64,000 nt of DNA from Hyalangium minutum (GTDB taxonomy: Bacteria > Myxococcota > Myxococcia > Myxococcales > Myxococcaceae). The stretch spans positions 40,550-104,549 of the forward strand of contig NZ_JMCB01000025.1 in the NCBI RefSeq assembly GCF_000737315.1. The letters are read 5' to 3'. Positions 9,680-20,733 of this stretch are shown one piece after another. The notes under the pieces were generated by a model that saw nothing but the letters and a program-made list of their open reading frames with translations, did no database searches and was not told the DNA's origin. Made by a program: the position numbers and the translations under genes. The stretch's first letter is position 1. Each line of letters starts with the position of its first letter.

Positions 9680-12388
9680 CTACAAGAACACCGTCTTGAG
9701 GAAGGCACCCGTCGCGGCGCCCCCCTTCTCCAGCACAGTCTTCGGCACATTGATGAGGATTTGCGTCGCCCCACCCGCGTAGCCCGTACCCTGGCCCGCG
9801 ACGATGCCCTCGTACACCTTGGTTCCTGCCTTGAGGGTGAAGGAACTCGACTGGGAGGCGGCGTTGCCCCACTCGGGGCGCAGCGCCATGCGGATCTTCC
9901 CCTCGAGTCCCAAGGGCCGGGAGCCTCCGGTGACCCAGCGGCCCTGGGGGAAGGCGCCGCCGCCGTGGAGCCGCTCTACCTGCACGTCTTTCGTGAGCAC
10001 CTTCTCCGTGTACTTGCCATCCTTGAAGGCCTTGGCGTCCTGAGGCGACAGGGGTCCCTTGTCTCCCTGGTACGTCTTGCCCTCCTTCGCCACCGAGGGA
10101 TCCAGCACCTCCTGGAAGGACTTGCTCTGGCCGCTGCCGCCGGACTCCTTCTTGATCTTGCTGCCCTTGAGCTTGAGCTGCGAGCCGTCGACCGTCAGCT
10201 CCTTGGCCCAGATCTTCACCGTGCCGGACTTGTCGATGAGCAGTGCCAGCTCGTCGCCCACCACCACGGCGGCCTCGTCCGCCTTGAACTTCAGCTCCTT
10301 CGAGCTGAAGCCTGTCTCCTGCTTCACCTCGGTGAAGGTGTGGCGGCCGGACTCGTCTTTGCGATCCTGGCCCGTGTCCTGGAGCAGCTTGCCTTTGACT
10401 TCCTCCTCCACCTCGCCGAGCACATCGCTGCCGCGGTTGCCTCCGACCGTCTCCGACCAGTCGACGCCCACGTCCACCTTCTTCAGTCCGGCGATCTGCT
10501 CCAGGCGCGCTCCTCCCACGGCGGTGTTCGACGCCAGCGCCACGTTGATCGAGTAAGCTGCCCCGATGTTGAGCGCCGCCGCGGCCCCCACGTTGAACGC
10601 CACGGCCTGCGTGACGTTCAGGGTGTGGGCCATGCCCACGGTGATGCTCTGGGAGCCGTCCACTCCCTCGTCGTGGCTCTCCTTGATCCGGGTGTCGCGG
10701 TTCCCTGTCACCGTCAGCGTCTGGTTGCCGTCGATGGCGGAGTCATCCTCGAGCCTCACCGCGAGCGACTGCTGGCCGTGCACCTCGCGAGAGCGATCCT
10801 TCTCCACCAGGAGCTGCTCGTTGCCGCGGACGGTCTGCGTCTTGTCGTTGAGCGTCTCGAGGTTCTCGTCCTTCTGCGCGTGGAGGTAGACCTCTTCCTC
10901 TCCCGCCGCGTCCTCGATGCGCACCTCGTTGAAGCCGCCGCCGCCCACGCTGGAGTCCGTCCGCTGGGTGCTCTTCGTCTTCTCGCCGGGCAGCGCCACC
11001 GGCGGCGGGTTGTTCCCGTTGTAGACGGCGCCCACCACCAGCGGCCGGTCCGGGTTGCCCTCCAGGAACCGGACCACCACCTCCTGTCCCACTCGGGGGA
11101 TGAAGTTGGCCCCCCAGCCCTCGCCCGCCCAGGCTTGCCCCACGCGCACCCAGCAGGAGCTCTGTTCGTTGCGCTGTCCCTGCCGGTCCCAGTGGAACTG
11201 CACCTTGATGCGTCCGTGCGTGTCGGGCTGAGTCTCCTCGCCCGAGGGCCCTACCACCGTGGCCGTCTGGATGCCCGCGATGACGGGTGGCCGCGTGGTG
11301 CGCCGGGGACGGTAGGGAATGCCCGAGGGCAGTGTGAGGAACTCGTTGCGATAGGAGCCCTCTACCGGATGCGCGTCCCCCACCATCTCCTGGCGCTGTC
11401 CCTCGTGGCGCACGCGGACCAGCAACAGCTCCCCGTTCAGCTCGTCGTCCGGGTGCTCCGCCAGTGCGAAGGTGGCTCCCGGCAGCATCCGGTGGCACGT
11501 CCCCGCGCACGCCAGCGTCTTCACGCCGAAGCGCTGCTCCTCCAGTCGCACCTTGCTCAGCCGCTTGCCCTCGCCCGGCTGCACGTAGTCGCCCGGGTAG
11601 TCGTAGATCTCCAGGCCCTGGACTTCCTGCGTCTCGTTGACCTGGGTGGTGAGGTCCAGCGTGGGGCGCTCGAAGTCGAAGTCCCGGAGCGCCACCTTGT
11701 GGGGGAGCAACCGGTGCGCGAGCGCCACCCGAGTGATGTGCTCGCCCACCGTGGGCGCCTGGCCCGTCTCCGAGCGGAAGAGCAGGGTGGACTCTCCCGC
11801 CAGGGGCTCGTGCGCGCTGGCCGAGTCTCCCAGCACCATCACGTGCGAGTCCGGGCCGTGCTCGAAGAAGAAGAAGAGGCCCTCGGACTCCAGCAGCCGG
11901 AGCACGAAGTCCAGGTCTGTCTCCCGGTACTGCACGCAGTACTCGCGCTGGGGGTAGCTCCCGGACAGTGCCAGCCGGTGCTCCACGTGCCCGGCCTTGA
12001 GCACCTGGGCCACGATGTCCGGCACGGAGAGGTTCTGGAAGATGCGGCTGCGCCTGACATGCCGCAGCTGCCGCAGGGTGGGGGCCATGCGGACGCGGTA
12101 CTCGGGCCGGCCATGGCGCAGGCCCACGTCCACCACCTCCTCCACCCAGCCGTGGATGAAGCGCTCGGAGCCCTCTGGGGTTCTCACCGAGAGGGCCGCC
12201 TGTGTTCCGAGCAGCTCGTGGGTGTCCAGGGGCTCCAGCGCCGTGGGGAAGAACTCGACCTGGAAGTCGAACAGCTCGGACAGTGCCTCGTTACCGCTCA
12301 GGCGGGTGACGGTGAGGTCCCCCGCCGCGAGGGGTCCTGCCTGGAGCTCGAAGACCAGCCGATGTTCACGAGCCACTGCTCCCCCCAC
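9680..12388 (-). CDS. vgrG: Evolved VgrG with ~145-aa C-terminal toxin extension (ART-like); start could be GTG at 12376
   Basis: Full VgrG motifs followed by a GGSGQS linker and the domain ...ERLHGGG..QGRWVT...RMALRPEWGN...KAGTKVYEG.V..Q...YAGGATQILI. Confidence 0.93.
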   Translation of the reverse strand: MGGAVAREHRLVFELQAGPLAAGDLTVTRLSGNEALSELFDFQVEFFPTALEPLDTHELLGTQAALSVRTPEGSERFIHGWVEEVVDVGLRHGRPEYRVRMAPTLRQLRHVRRSRIFQNLSVPDIVAQVLKAGHVEHRLALSGSYPQREYCVQYRETDLDFVLRLLESEGLFFFFEHGPDSHVMVLGDSASAHEPLAGESTLLFRSETGQAPTVGEHITRVALAHRLLPHKVALRDFDFERPTLDLTTQVNETQEVQGLEIYDYPGDYVQPGEGKRLSKVRLEEQRFGVKTLACAGTCHRMLPGATFALAEHPDDELNGELLLVRVRHEGQRQEMVGDAHPVEGSYRNEFLTLPSGIPYRPRRTTRPPVIAGIQTATVVGPSGEETQPDTHGRIKVQFHWDRQGQRNEQSSCWVRVGQAWAGEGWGANFIPRVGQEVVVRFLEGNPDRPLVVGAVYNGNNPPPVALPGEKTKSTQRTDSSVGGGGFNEVRIEDAAGEEEVYLHAQKDENLETLNDKTQTVRGNEQLLVEKDRSREVHGQQSLAVRLEDDSAIDGNQTLTVTGNRDTRIKESHDEGVDGSQSITVGMAHTLNVTQAVAFNVGAAAALNIGAAYSINVALASNTAVGGARLEQIAGLKKVDVGVDWSETVGGNRGSDVLGEVEEEVKGKLLQDTGQDRKDESGRHTFTEVKQETGFSSKELKFKADEAAVVVGDELALLIDKSGTVKIWAKELTVDGSQLKLKGSKIKKESGGSGQSKSFQEVLDPSVAKEGKTYQGDKGPLSPQDAKAFKDGKYTEKVLTKDVQVERLHGGGAFPQGRWVTGGSRPLGLEGKIRMALRPEWGNAASQSSSFTLKAGTKVYEGIVAGQGTGYAGGATQILINVPKTVLEKGGAATGAFLKTVFL

Positions 12389-12439
12389 GTGCCAGCTTCA
12401 ACTTCAGCACTGCCCGTCGCGCTGGATATCACACCCAGC

Positions 12440-13840
<1,401 letters not shown>

Positions 13841-13934
13841 GGCGCTCTCCCTTGCTCCAAACCGGGAGAGCGAGTTAGCCGCGCTCGGGCCGAAAGCCAA
13901 GAGCGGTGTTGGGGGAGACGTCACCCCCGGGCGC

Positions 13935-14357
13935 TCAGGCCTCCTTCAGGCGGGCCCAGGCGGCGCGGTAGCGGGCCAGCCGCTCGGTCTCCTTGGGGCC
14001 TACCGTCAGCAGCCGCCGCACGTCCATGTTGTCCTCCAGGTCCGCCAGCTTCACGCGGCGCGCCAAAGGGTGGGGGCGGACGCGCTCGATGAAGGCCTCG
14101 TACGTCTCGCCCTCCCGCTTCGTCAGGCAGTCCAGCGCGCCGAGCACCTCCTCCGGGTAGCCCAGCTCGCGCAGGCGCTCCAGCGTGTAGGGGGTGTCCT
14201 CCACCACGTCGTGGAGGATGGCCGCCATCCGCTCGGCCTCCGTCTCCAGACGCATCATCACCCTCAGAGGGTGGAGGATGTAGGTCTGCCCCGCCTTGTC
14301 TCGCTGGCCCCGGTGGGCCTCCACGGCGAGGGCGATGGCGTCTTCCAGGGTGGGCAT
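13935..14357 (-). CDS. HD-domain hydrolase, RelA/SpoT hydrolase-like (small alarmone hydrolase-like)
   Basis: [34 protein letters not shown]. Confidence 0.85.
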   Translation of the reverse strand: MPTLEDAIALAVEAHRGQRDKAGQTYILHPLRVMMRLETEAERMAAILHDVVEDTPYTLERLRELGYPEEVLGALDCLTKREGETYEAFIERVRPHPLARRVKLADLEDNMDVRRLLTVGPKETERLARYRAAWARLKEA

Positions 14358-14400
14358 GGTGGGAATCTCCGGGCGCCAGCATCCCGCGCCGGGCAGCCAG

Positions 14401-14778
14401 TCACCAGAGGTCCTTCTTGCCACGCAGGGACTTCTTCTGGCCGGTGCGCTTCTTGGTCTCCAGGCGCCGCTTCTGCGAGCCCTTGGAGGGCTTGGTGGCG
14501 CGGCGCACCTTGGGCACGAAGGTGAGGGCCTTGAGCCCCTCGCGCAGCCGCTCCAGCGCCACGCCCTTGTTCTGTACCTGGCTGCGGCGCTCGGTGGCGG
14601 TGACGGACAGCTCGGTGGGTGGGTGGGTGAGGCGCACGCCGCTGGCCGTGGTGTTGCGGTGCTGGCCACCAGGTCCCGAGGCGATGAAGTACTCCACTTC
14701 GCACGCCTTTAGCAGGGCCTCTTCATCGAGCGCGAGGGCTTCCAGGGCGGCCTGACGGCGGATGGGCGAGGTGCTCAT
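14401..14778 (-). CDS. Codon-independent peptidyl-tRNA hydrolase / release-factor-like protein (ArfB/YaeJ-like)
   Basis: ASGPGGQHRNTTASGVRL (GGQ) and basic tail RRATKPSKGSQKRRLETKKR; no codon-recognition domain. Confidence 0.85.
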   Translation of the reverse strand: MSTSPIRRQAALEALALDEEALLKACEVEYFIASGPGGQHRNTTASGVRLTHPPTELSVTATERRSQVQNKGVALERLREGLKALTFVPKVRRATKPSKGSQKRRLETKKRTGQKKSLRGKKDLW

Positions 14779-14988
14779 GACTGTTCCTAACCTAGCCCCT
14801 GGCCGGGCGTTGTGCACCGGGGATGGGGCGGCCTTTCGGGGGCGCATGACCGAGAGGGGTCTGCTTGTCTGACAGGTTTGGGACGGCCTTGCCGGGAAGG
14901 CTAGGCTCGCCGCCCGAGCCCGCGCGACGGGGTGCGTCCCAGGCTCTTCTATAAGGAGAGGCCCTTGAGTCAGAGCAGAGCCGGGCGC

Positions 14989-17900
14989 ATGCCGTGGGAG
15001 ATGGTGGATGTGCTCATTCTCACCGCCCTCCAGGCTGAGTACGACGCCGTGCTGAAGGAAGACGTCGACGCTCTGCCGGGCAGCTCCTGGGAGCGGCGGA
15101 TGGGGCCGCTGGGCCTGGAAGTCGCGCTTCGCACCTTCCGTGGGCAGGGCGGCGGGACGCTCCGTGTGGCCGTGACCCGTCTCCTCGAGAAGGTCGGCGT
15201 GGCCCCTGCGTATGCCGCGGCTCCGCTCGTGCGCGTCTTTTCGCCTCGGTGTCTGGCGATCCGTACTGAGGGCTCCGCGCTTTCCGCGCTCGCGTCCCGG
15301 CAAGACATTCCCTACCGGCTGGTGATGAAGGGGACGGTGGAGGGAGCCGACCTGGTTTGGAGCGCCAAAGTGCCTCCGATGCAGCGCCCCCAGGAACTTG
15401 TTCCGAGCAGCACGGGAGACCTGGAGGCGCTTCTCGCCCCTGGTACCCGAGCGCCTCCCAAAGATGGAGGGCCCGTGGCGCTGTTGGATGCGCGCCATGC
15501 GTCCGTGGACTTCTTCGAGCCGATCCACGCGGAGCTGCTGCAGGACCTCCAGTCCTGGTGCGGCGAGGACGAGCCCGTCAGTGTCCGGCTCTTCCATGGA
15601 GCGGCTGGCACCGGCAAGACGCGTCTGTTCATTGAAAGCATCCAGCGGCTGCGTGGCCAGGGCTGGCGAGCGGGGTTTCTGCACGAGGCGGTGGAGCCGG
15701 ACCACTTCGAGGAACTGCTGGCTGCGGCCTCCGAGCGGCCCACGCTCGTCGTCATCGATCGGGCAGAGAGCCTTCCTCGGCTGGGTGCGCTGCTCCTGTC
15801 CGTGGCGCACCGTCGCAAAGCAGGAGGCCCGGGACGCTTCCGACTGGCCCTCATCGCTCGCGAGGCAGGCGGATGGTGGGAGCTGCTTCAGCGGCGCAGC
15901 CTCGAGCTGCGGAAGCTCTTGAAGGATCGCTTGCCGACGGAGGTCGCTTCCATCGCTCCCTCGCAGCGCGAGGCGGTCTTCGAGCACGCGGCTCAGCGGT
16001 TCGCCTCCCTCCTGGGACGGACGCCTCCGGCCTCCTCGGTGGCAATCTCCGATCCTCGCTTTGATCGGGTGCTCCCCCTTCACATGGCTGCGTTGGCCGC
16101 AGTCCTCGGGAAGCCTTTCACGCCAGAGTCTCTGAGCGAGGCGCTTCTGGGCGAAGAGGGGGCATTCTGGGGCTCTCGGGTGGAGGGAGGCGAGCGGCCA
16201 TTCCAAGAGCTGGTCCTGCGTTCCATCGCTGCGTGGATCCTCACGGGCGGTGCTTCGACCTCGGAGGATGCGCGAGCGCTGCTCCTTCTGCGAAACCTGT
16301 ACCCAGGGCTCGCTGCGGAAGCTGGGCACTGGGAGCCAGAGCTGCTCGGTGAGGCGCTGGTGTTGAGGGCGCTGCGTCGAGAAGGAGCGTCGGCGGGGGA
16401 TTGGTTGAAGCGGATCCTTGAAGGCGCGGACGCGCGAGCGGCTCGCACCGCCTTCGAGGTGCTCGGGCGTTTGTCCGCAGAGGCCCCTGAGGCTGGGGAG
16501 TGGATCGCGGCGCTGCTTGCGGGTGCTGTCAGCGTGCGGGCCACCGCTGCGCTGGAAGCGGCGAAGGCGATTGGACAGCGCCCCGCTTACGCTGCCTTGG
16601 GCCGTGAGCTCGCCAAGGCCCTTGAGCGCGAGGGCACACCCCTGGTGGCGGAGTTGCTCGAAGCGTCCGGGCTCCCGGAGTTCGTGGCACCCCTGCGCGA
16701 GGTCTCCGTCTGGGTCAAGACCACGCTGCTGAACCACCTCCCTCCGGGCGAGACTCCGCGCGCACGAATCGAACAAGCGAGGTTCCGTGGCAGCTTGGGC
16801 TCATTGCTGGGAATGCTCGGGCGGCGCGAGGAGGCGCTGGGCTTCGTGAAGGAGGCCGTGGAGCACTATCGCCAGCTGGCTGCCGCGCACCCGGAGGTCT
16901 TCCGCGTGGACCTTGCCCTGGGACTGACGGACCTGGGCGTCGTGCAGGGCGAGCTTGGCCAGCGTGAGGAGGCCCTGGCAGCCATGCAAGAGGCGGTGTC
17001 GATCCGCCGCACCCTCGCGGAGGAGTCCCCGAGGGAGTTCCTCCCCATCCTCGCGGTGAACCTGAATGGCCTCGCCAGGGCTCAGAGCGCCCTGGGTCGC
17101 AGGGAGGAGGCCCTGGCCTCCATGCAGGAGGCGGTGAGCCACTACCGCGCGCTCGCCAAGAAGCGCCCGGAGTCCTTCCTCCCCGAGCTGGCCGCGAGCC
17201 TCAACAACCTGAGCTCCATGCAGAGCGCCCTGGGCCACAAGGCTGAGTCCCAGTCCTCCATCCATGAGGCCGTGGGCCACTACCGCACGATCGCCAAAAA
17301 GCACCCCGAGCCATACCTCCCCGAGCTGGCTGGCAGTCTGACGAACCTCGCCATCGTCCAGGGCGAGCTGGGGCAGCGCGAGGAGGCCCTGGCCCTCGCG
17401 CAAGAGTCCGTGGCCCTCTTCCGTCAGCTCATGGAGGCCCGCATCGAGGAGCACCTGCCTCCGTTCGCGACGAGCCTCACCTGCCTCGCGGGCGCTCTGA
17501 GCGCGCTGGGCCGCCGGGACGAGGCGCTCTCCTGGATGCTGGAGTCCGTGGCCATCCGCCGCAAGCTGGCCGAGGAGCGTCCCCAGTCGTTCCTCGCGGA
17601 TCTCGCCATGAGCCTGGTCAATCTCAGCGTTTTCCAGAACGAGCTGGGCCGCCGCGAGGAATCCCTCGCCACGGTGAAGGAGGCCGCCGAGCGCTACCGC
17701 AAGCTGGCCCAGGCGTACTCGTCAGCGTACCTCCCCGCCCTGGCCGTCTGTCTGAGCAACCTCGCGGCGGTGCAGAGCTCCCTGGGCCGCAACGCGGAGG
17801 CCCTGGCCTCGGTCCAGGAGGCCGTGGAGTATTACCGCCGGCTCGCCAAGGTGATGCCAGCCATGTTCCTCTCGCAGCTCGCCGCGAGCCTCAACACCCT

Positions 17901-18558
17901 CGGCAGCGTGCAGAGCGGCCTGGAGCTGTGGACCGAGGCCCTGGCCTCCGTGCAGGAGGGCGTGGAGATCCGCCGCCAGCTCGCCCAGGAGCAGCCCCAG
18001 GCGGGACTCCCCGAGCTGGCGCTGAGCTTGAGCAACCTGGGCGCGCTGCTGAGCGCCCAGGGCCGAGGAGAGGAGGCCCTCGCCGCGCTCGGAGAGGCCG
18101 TGGACATCCGCCGCCGGCTGGCCGCGGAGCACCCGCGGGCCTTCCGCTCCGACTTGGCCACCAGCCTCAACAACCTGGGCACCCTGCAGGGCACCCTGGG
18201 CCGTACTGCGGAGGCGCTGGCCTCGGTGCGGGAGGCGGTGGGCATCCGTCGCCTGCTCGCCGAGGAGCACCCCGAGGCCTTTCGTCCGGAGCTGGCCGTG
18301 AGCGTCGCCACCTTGAGCCAGGTTCAGAAGGTCCAGGGCCAGGGAGCCGAGGCGCTGGCCTCGCTGCACGAGGCGCTCGACATCATCTGGCCCTTCTTCC
18401 TCAAGCTGCCCACCGCCTTCACCGCCTTCACCGGCACCCTCTTTCAGGAGCTCACCACCCTCCATGCGCAGGTGGGCACGGCGCCGCCCGCCTCCTTGAA
18501 GGAGCGCCTGGAGACCTGGAGCGTGATGCTGGAGAAGGCCCGTGCCCGGATGCACTGA
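14989..18558 (+). CDS. STAND-type P-loop NTPase with truncated PNP/MTA-nucleosidase-like N-terminus and 12 TPR-like 46-aa repeats
   Basis: VDVLILTAL.AEYDAVL N-terminus, Walker A GAAGTGKT (15598-15621), Walker B-like LVVIDRAE, repeats LAxSLNNLxxxQSxLGRREEALASxQEAV. Confidence 0.85.
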   Translation: MPWEMVDVLILTALQAEYDAVLKEDVDALPGSSWERRMGPLGLEVALRTFRGQGGGTLRVAVTRLLEKVGVAPAYAAAPLVRVFSPRCLAIRTEGSALSALASRQDIPYRLVMKGTVEGADLVWSAKVPPMQRPQELVPSSTGDLEALLAPGTRAPPKDGGPVALLDARHASVDFFEPIHAELLQDLQSWCGEDEPVSVRLFHGAAGTGKTRLFIESIQRLRGQGWRAGFLHEAVEPDHFEELLAAASERPTLVVIDRAESLPRLGALLLSVAHRRKAGGPGRFRLALIAREAGGWWELLQRRSLELRKLLKDRLPTEVASIAPSQREAVFEHAAQRFASLLGRTPPASSVAISDPRFDRVLPLHMAALAAVLGKPFTPESLSEALLGEEGAFWGSRVEGGERPFQELVLRSIAAWILTGGASTSEDARALLLLRNLYPGLAAEAGHWEPELLGEALVLRALRREGASAGDWLKRILEGADARAARTAFEVLGRLSAEAPEAGEWIAALLAGAVSVRATAALEAAKAIGQRPAYAALGRELAKALEREGTPLVAELLEASGLPEFVAPLREVSVWVKTTLLNHLPPGETPRARIEQARFRGSLGSLLGMLGRREEALGFVKEAVEHYRQLAAAHPEVFRVDLALGLTDLGVVQGELGQREEALAAMQEAVSIRRTLAEESPREFLPILAVNLNGLARAQSALGRREEALASMQEAVSHYRALAKKRPESFLPELAASLNNLSSMQSALGHKAESQSSIHEAVGHYRTIAKKHPEPYLPELAGSLTNLAIVQGELGQREEALALAQESVALFRQLMEARIEEHLPPFATSLTCLAGALSALGRRDEALSWMLESVAIRRKLAEERPQSFLADLAMSLVNLSVFQNELGRREESLATVKEAAERYRKLAQAYSSAYLPALAVCLSNLAAVQSSLGRNAEALASVQEAVEYYRRLAKVMPAMFLSQLAASLNTLGSVQSGLELWTEALASVQEGVEIRRQLAQEQPQAGLPELALSLSNLGALLSAQGRGEEALAALGEAVDIRRRLAAEHPRAFRSDLATSLNNLGTLQGTLGRTAEALASVREAVGIRRLLAEEHPEAFRPELAVSVATLSQVQKVQGQGAEALASLHEALDIIWPFFLKLPTAFTAFTGTLFQELTTLHAQVGTAPPASLKERLETWSVMLEKARARMH

Positions 18559-18640
18559 TTTGAGAGGTTTGGTTTCTCAAAATGAGTGCCTGGATGCTGC
18601 TGTGAGAACATGAGATTAGTAATTTCAGCTGTTTAGGGTG

Positions 18641-18656
18641 TGGCAAGGGGCTTGCT
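18641..18656 (+). promoter_or_regulatory. Sigma-54 (-24/-12) promoter upstream of pirin gene
   Basis: TGGCAAGGGGCTTGCT fits TGGCAC-N5-TTGCW with exact GG-N10-GC spacing, in an AT-rich intergenic region ~90 bp before the ATG. Confidence 0.6.
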
Positions 18657-18744
18657 TTAGTACAGGTCGTCACGATGGAGAACGGGAGAGCCCGCAACGC
18701 CCACCGTGGCAGGGCATCTCACAGGTAGCAGAAAGGAGCACCGT

Positions 18745-19440
18745 ATGATCACCCTTCGACCCTCTGAAGCTCGCGGCCACGCCAACCACGGTTGGCTCGA
18801 TACCTACCACTCGTTCTCGTTCGCGGATTACTACGACCTGGAGCACATGGGCTTCCGCAGCCTCCGCGTCATCAACGAGGACTACGTGGCGCCGCGCCAG
18901 GGCTTCGGCACTCACCCGCACCGGGACATGGAGATCATCACCTACGTGCTCGGCGGGCAGGTGGAGCACAAGGACAGCATGGGCACCACCAGCGTCATCC
19001 GCCCGGGCGAGGTGCAGCGCATGAGCGCCGGCACCGGCGTGCTGCACAGCGAGGTGAACCGGTTCGACGAGACCCTGCACATGCTGCAGATCTGGATCCT
19101 CCCCGAGCGCCGCGGCCTGACGCCCGGCTACGAGCAGAAGGCGTTCTCCGAGCAGGAGCGCCAGGGGCGGTTCCGCGTGGTGGCCTCGCCGGAAGGGCGT
19201 GACGGGTCGGTCGTGGTCCACCAGGACATGACGCTGCACAGCACCTTGCTCGGCAAGGGCGAGAAGGCCGAGTACACGCTGAAGCCCGGCCGGCACGCGT
19301 GGATTCAGATTGCCCGGGGCTCGGGCACGCTGAATGGCGTGGCGGTGAAGGCGGGCGATGGCGTGGCCATCTCCGACGAGAGCACCCTGGTGCTCACGGC
19401 CGGCGAGCCGGTCGAGGCGCTGCTGTTCGACCTGGCCTGA
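18745..19440 (+). CDS. Pirin family protein (YhhW-like)
   Basis: [42 protein letters not shown]; AAGGAG RBS. Confidence 0.95.
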   Translation: MITLRPSEARGHANHGWLDTYHSFSFADYYDLEHMGFRSLRVINEDYVAPRQGFGTHPHRDMEIITYVLGGQVEHKDSMGTTSVIRPGEVQRMSAGTGVLHSEVNRFDETLHMLQIWILPERRGLTPGYEQKAFSEQERQGRFRVVASPEGRDGSVVVHQDMTLHSTLLGKGEKAEYTLKPGRHAWIQIARGSGTLNGVAVKAGDGVAISDESTLVLTAGEPVEALLFDLA

Positions 19441-19464
19441 CAGAATGTCCAGGAAGTGCGGAGT

Positions 19465-19495
19465 GGGCCCGCGGAATAGATCTTTCCGCGGGCCC
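19465..19495 (+). terminator. GC-rich hairpin after pirin gene
   Basis: Perfect 12-bp stem GGGCCCGCGGAA / TTCCGCGGGCCC with 7-nt loop. Confidence 0.6.
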
Positions 19496-19557
19496 GCCCG
19501 TTTCAGGGGAACACGCACGCGAAACCCGCCTCTTTTCGCCCCCCCTGGAGCCTGTCC

Positions 19558-20733
19558 ATGCCTCTGAACTTCCTCGCGCGGCCTGTCCTGGCCGCCGCGC
19601 TCGCCACCGTTGCGCTCGCTGCTCCCCTGGCCTCCGCCGCCGACGTCCCTGCCACGCAGGTGACGGAGCAGCCGAAGCAGGCCCGGCCGCAGATCGAGGT
19701 CGTCTTCGTCATCGACACGACGGGCTCCATGAACGGGCTGATCGAGGGCGCCAAGCAGAAGATCTTCTCCATTGCCTCGCGCATCGCCACGGGCAAGCCG
19801 ACGCCGCAACTCAAGGTGGGCCTGGTGGCCTACCGGGACGAGGGCGACGCGTACGTGACGAAGCGCTTCGACCTGAGCGAGGACCTGGACACGGTCTTCA
19901 CCCATCTGCGCAAGTTCCAGGCCGATGGCGGCGGTGACACCCCCGAGCACGTGGGCCGCGGGCTGGGCGAGGCCGTGTCGAAGATGTCCTGGAGCGACAA
20001 CCGCGAGACGATGAAGGTCATCTTCCTGGTCGGCGACGCGCCTCCGGCCGAGCGCGGCGACCAGTGGAACTTCAAGCACTGGGCGAAGCAGGCCAAGGAG
20101 CGCCACATCGTGGTGAACACGGTGCGCTGCGGCGCGGATACCGAGACGGCCACCGCATGGCGGTACGTGGCCAAGCTCACGGATGGCACGTTCGACAGCA
20201 TTGGCCAGGAGGGCGGCATGCTGGCGGTGGCCACGCCGTATGACGCGGAGCTGGCGAAGGTGAACGCGGAGATCGCCTCGAAGACGCTGTACACGGGCTC
20301 TGTGGCGGTGCAGGCGGCGAACCGGGACCGTGTGCAGCAGATGGCGGCGCTGGCTCCCGAGGCCGCGGCCGAGCGCATCAGCTACATGAAGAAGGCCCGG
20401 TCGGCGGGCTCGGGCAAGGCGGCTCCGGCGGCGAGCAGCGCGCCGGTGGCCGTGGGCGGGGCGGTGGACCTGGTGGAGAAGCCCGAGGCGCTGGCATCCG
20501 TGAAGGAGGCTGAGCTGCCCTCCGAGCTGAAGGGGCTGAAGAAGGAGGAGCAGTCGCTGAAGGTGAAGCAGCTCTCTGACGAGCGCAAGGTGCTGGAGGC
20601 GAAGGCGGCGAAGCTGGCGGCGGATCGCGACACGTGGCGCGCGAAGAATGTGGCGGAGAAGAAGGACAGCTTCGACGACAACGTGATGAAGAGCGTCCGC
20701 ACGCAGGCCGCCGGGTATGGTGTGGCCTACTGA
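19558..20733 (+). CDS. Secreted von Willebrand factor A domain protein
   Basis: Signal peptide; VFVIDTTGSM MIDAS-like motif, VGLVAYRD, GGGDTPE, FLVGDAPP. Confidence 0.88.
   Translation: MPLNFLARPVLAAALATVALAAPLASAADVPATQVTEQPKQARPQIEVVFVIDTTGSMNGLIEGAKQKIFSIASRIATGKPTPQLKVGLVAYRDEGDAYVTKRFDLSEDLDTVFTHLRKFQADGGGDTPEHVGRGLGEAVSKMSWSDNRETMKVIFLVGDAPPAERGDQWNFKHWAKQAKERHIVVNTVRCGADTETATAWRYVAKLTDGTFDSIGQEGGMLAVATPYDAELAKVNAEIASKTLYTGSVAVQAANRDRVQQMAALAPEAAAERISYMKKARSAGSGKAAPAASSAPVAVGGAVDLVEKPEALASVKEAELPSELKGLKKEEQSLKVKQLSDERKVLEAKAAKLAADRDTWRAKNVAEKKDSFDDNVMKSVRTQAAGYGVAY

Noticed and set aside
12378-12396. TGGCAC before vgrG on the minus strand as a sigma-54 site
   Set aside because: No GC at the -12 position, and it overlaps the start codon region
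14779-16776. N-terminal extension of the 791-aa minus ORF
   Set aside because: Antisense to the STAND gene; only the last 125 aa (GGQ protein) look real
16780-18420. 138-bp periodic repeats as a possible CRISPR or tandem DNA element
   Set aside because: They are in-frame TPR coding repeats with synonymous divergence and no spacers
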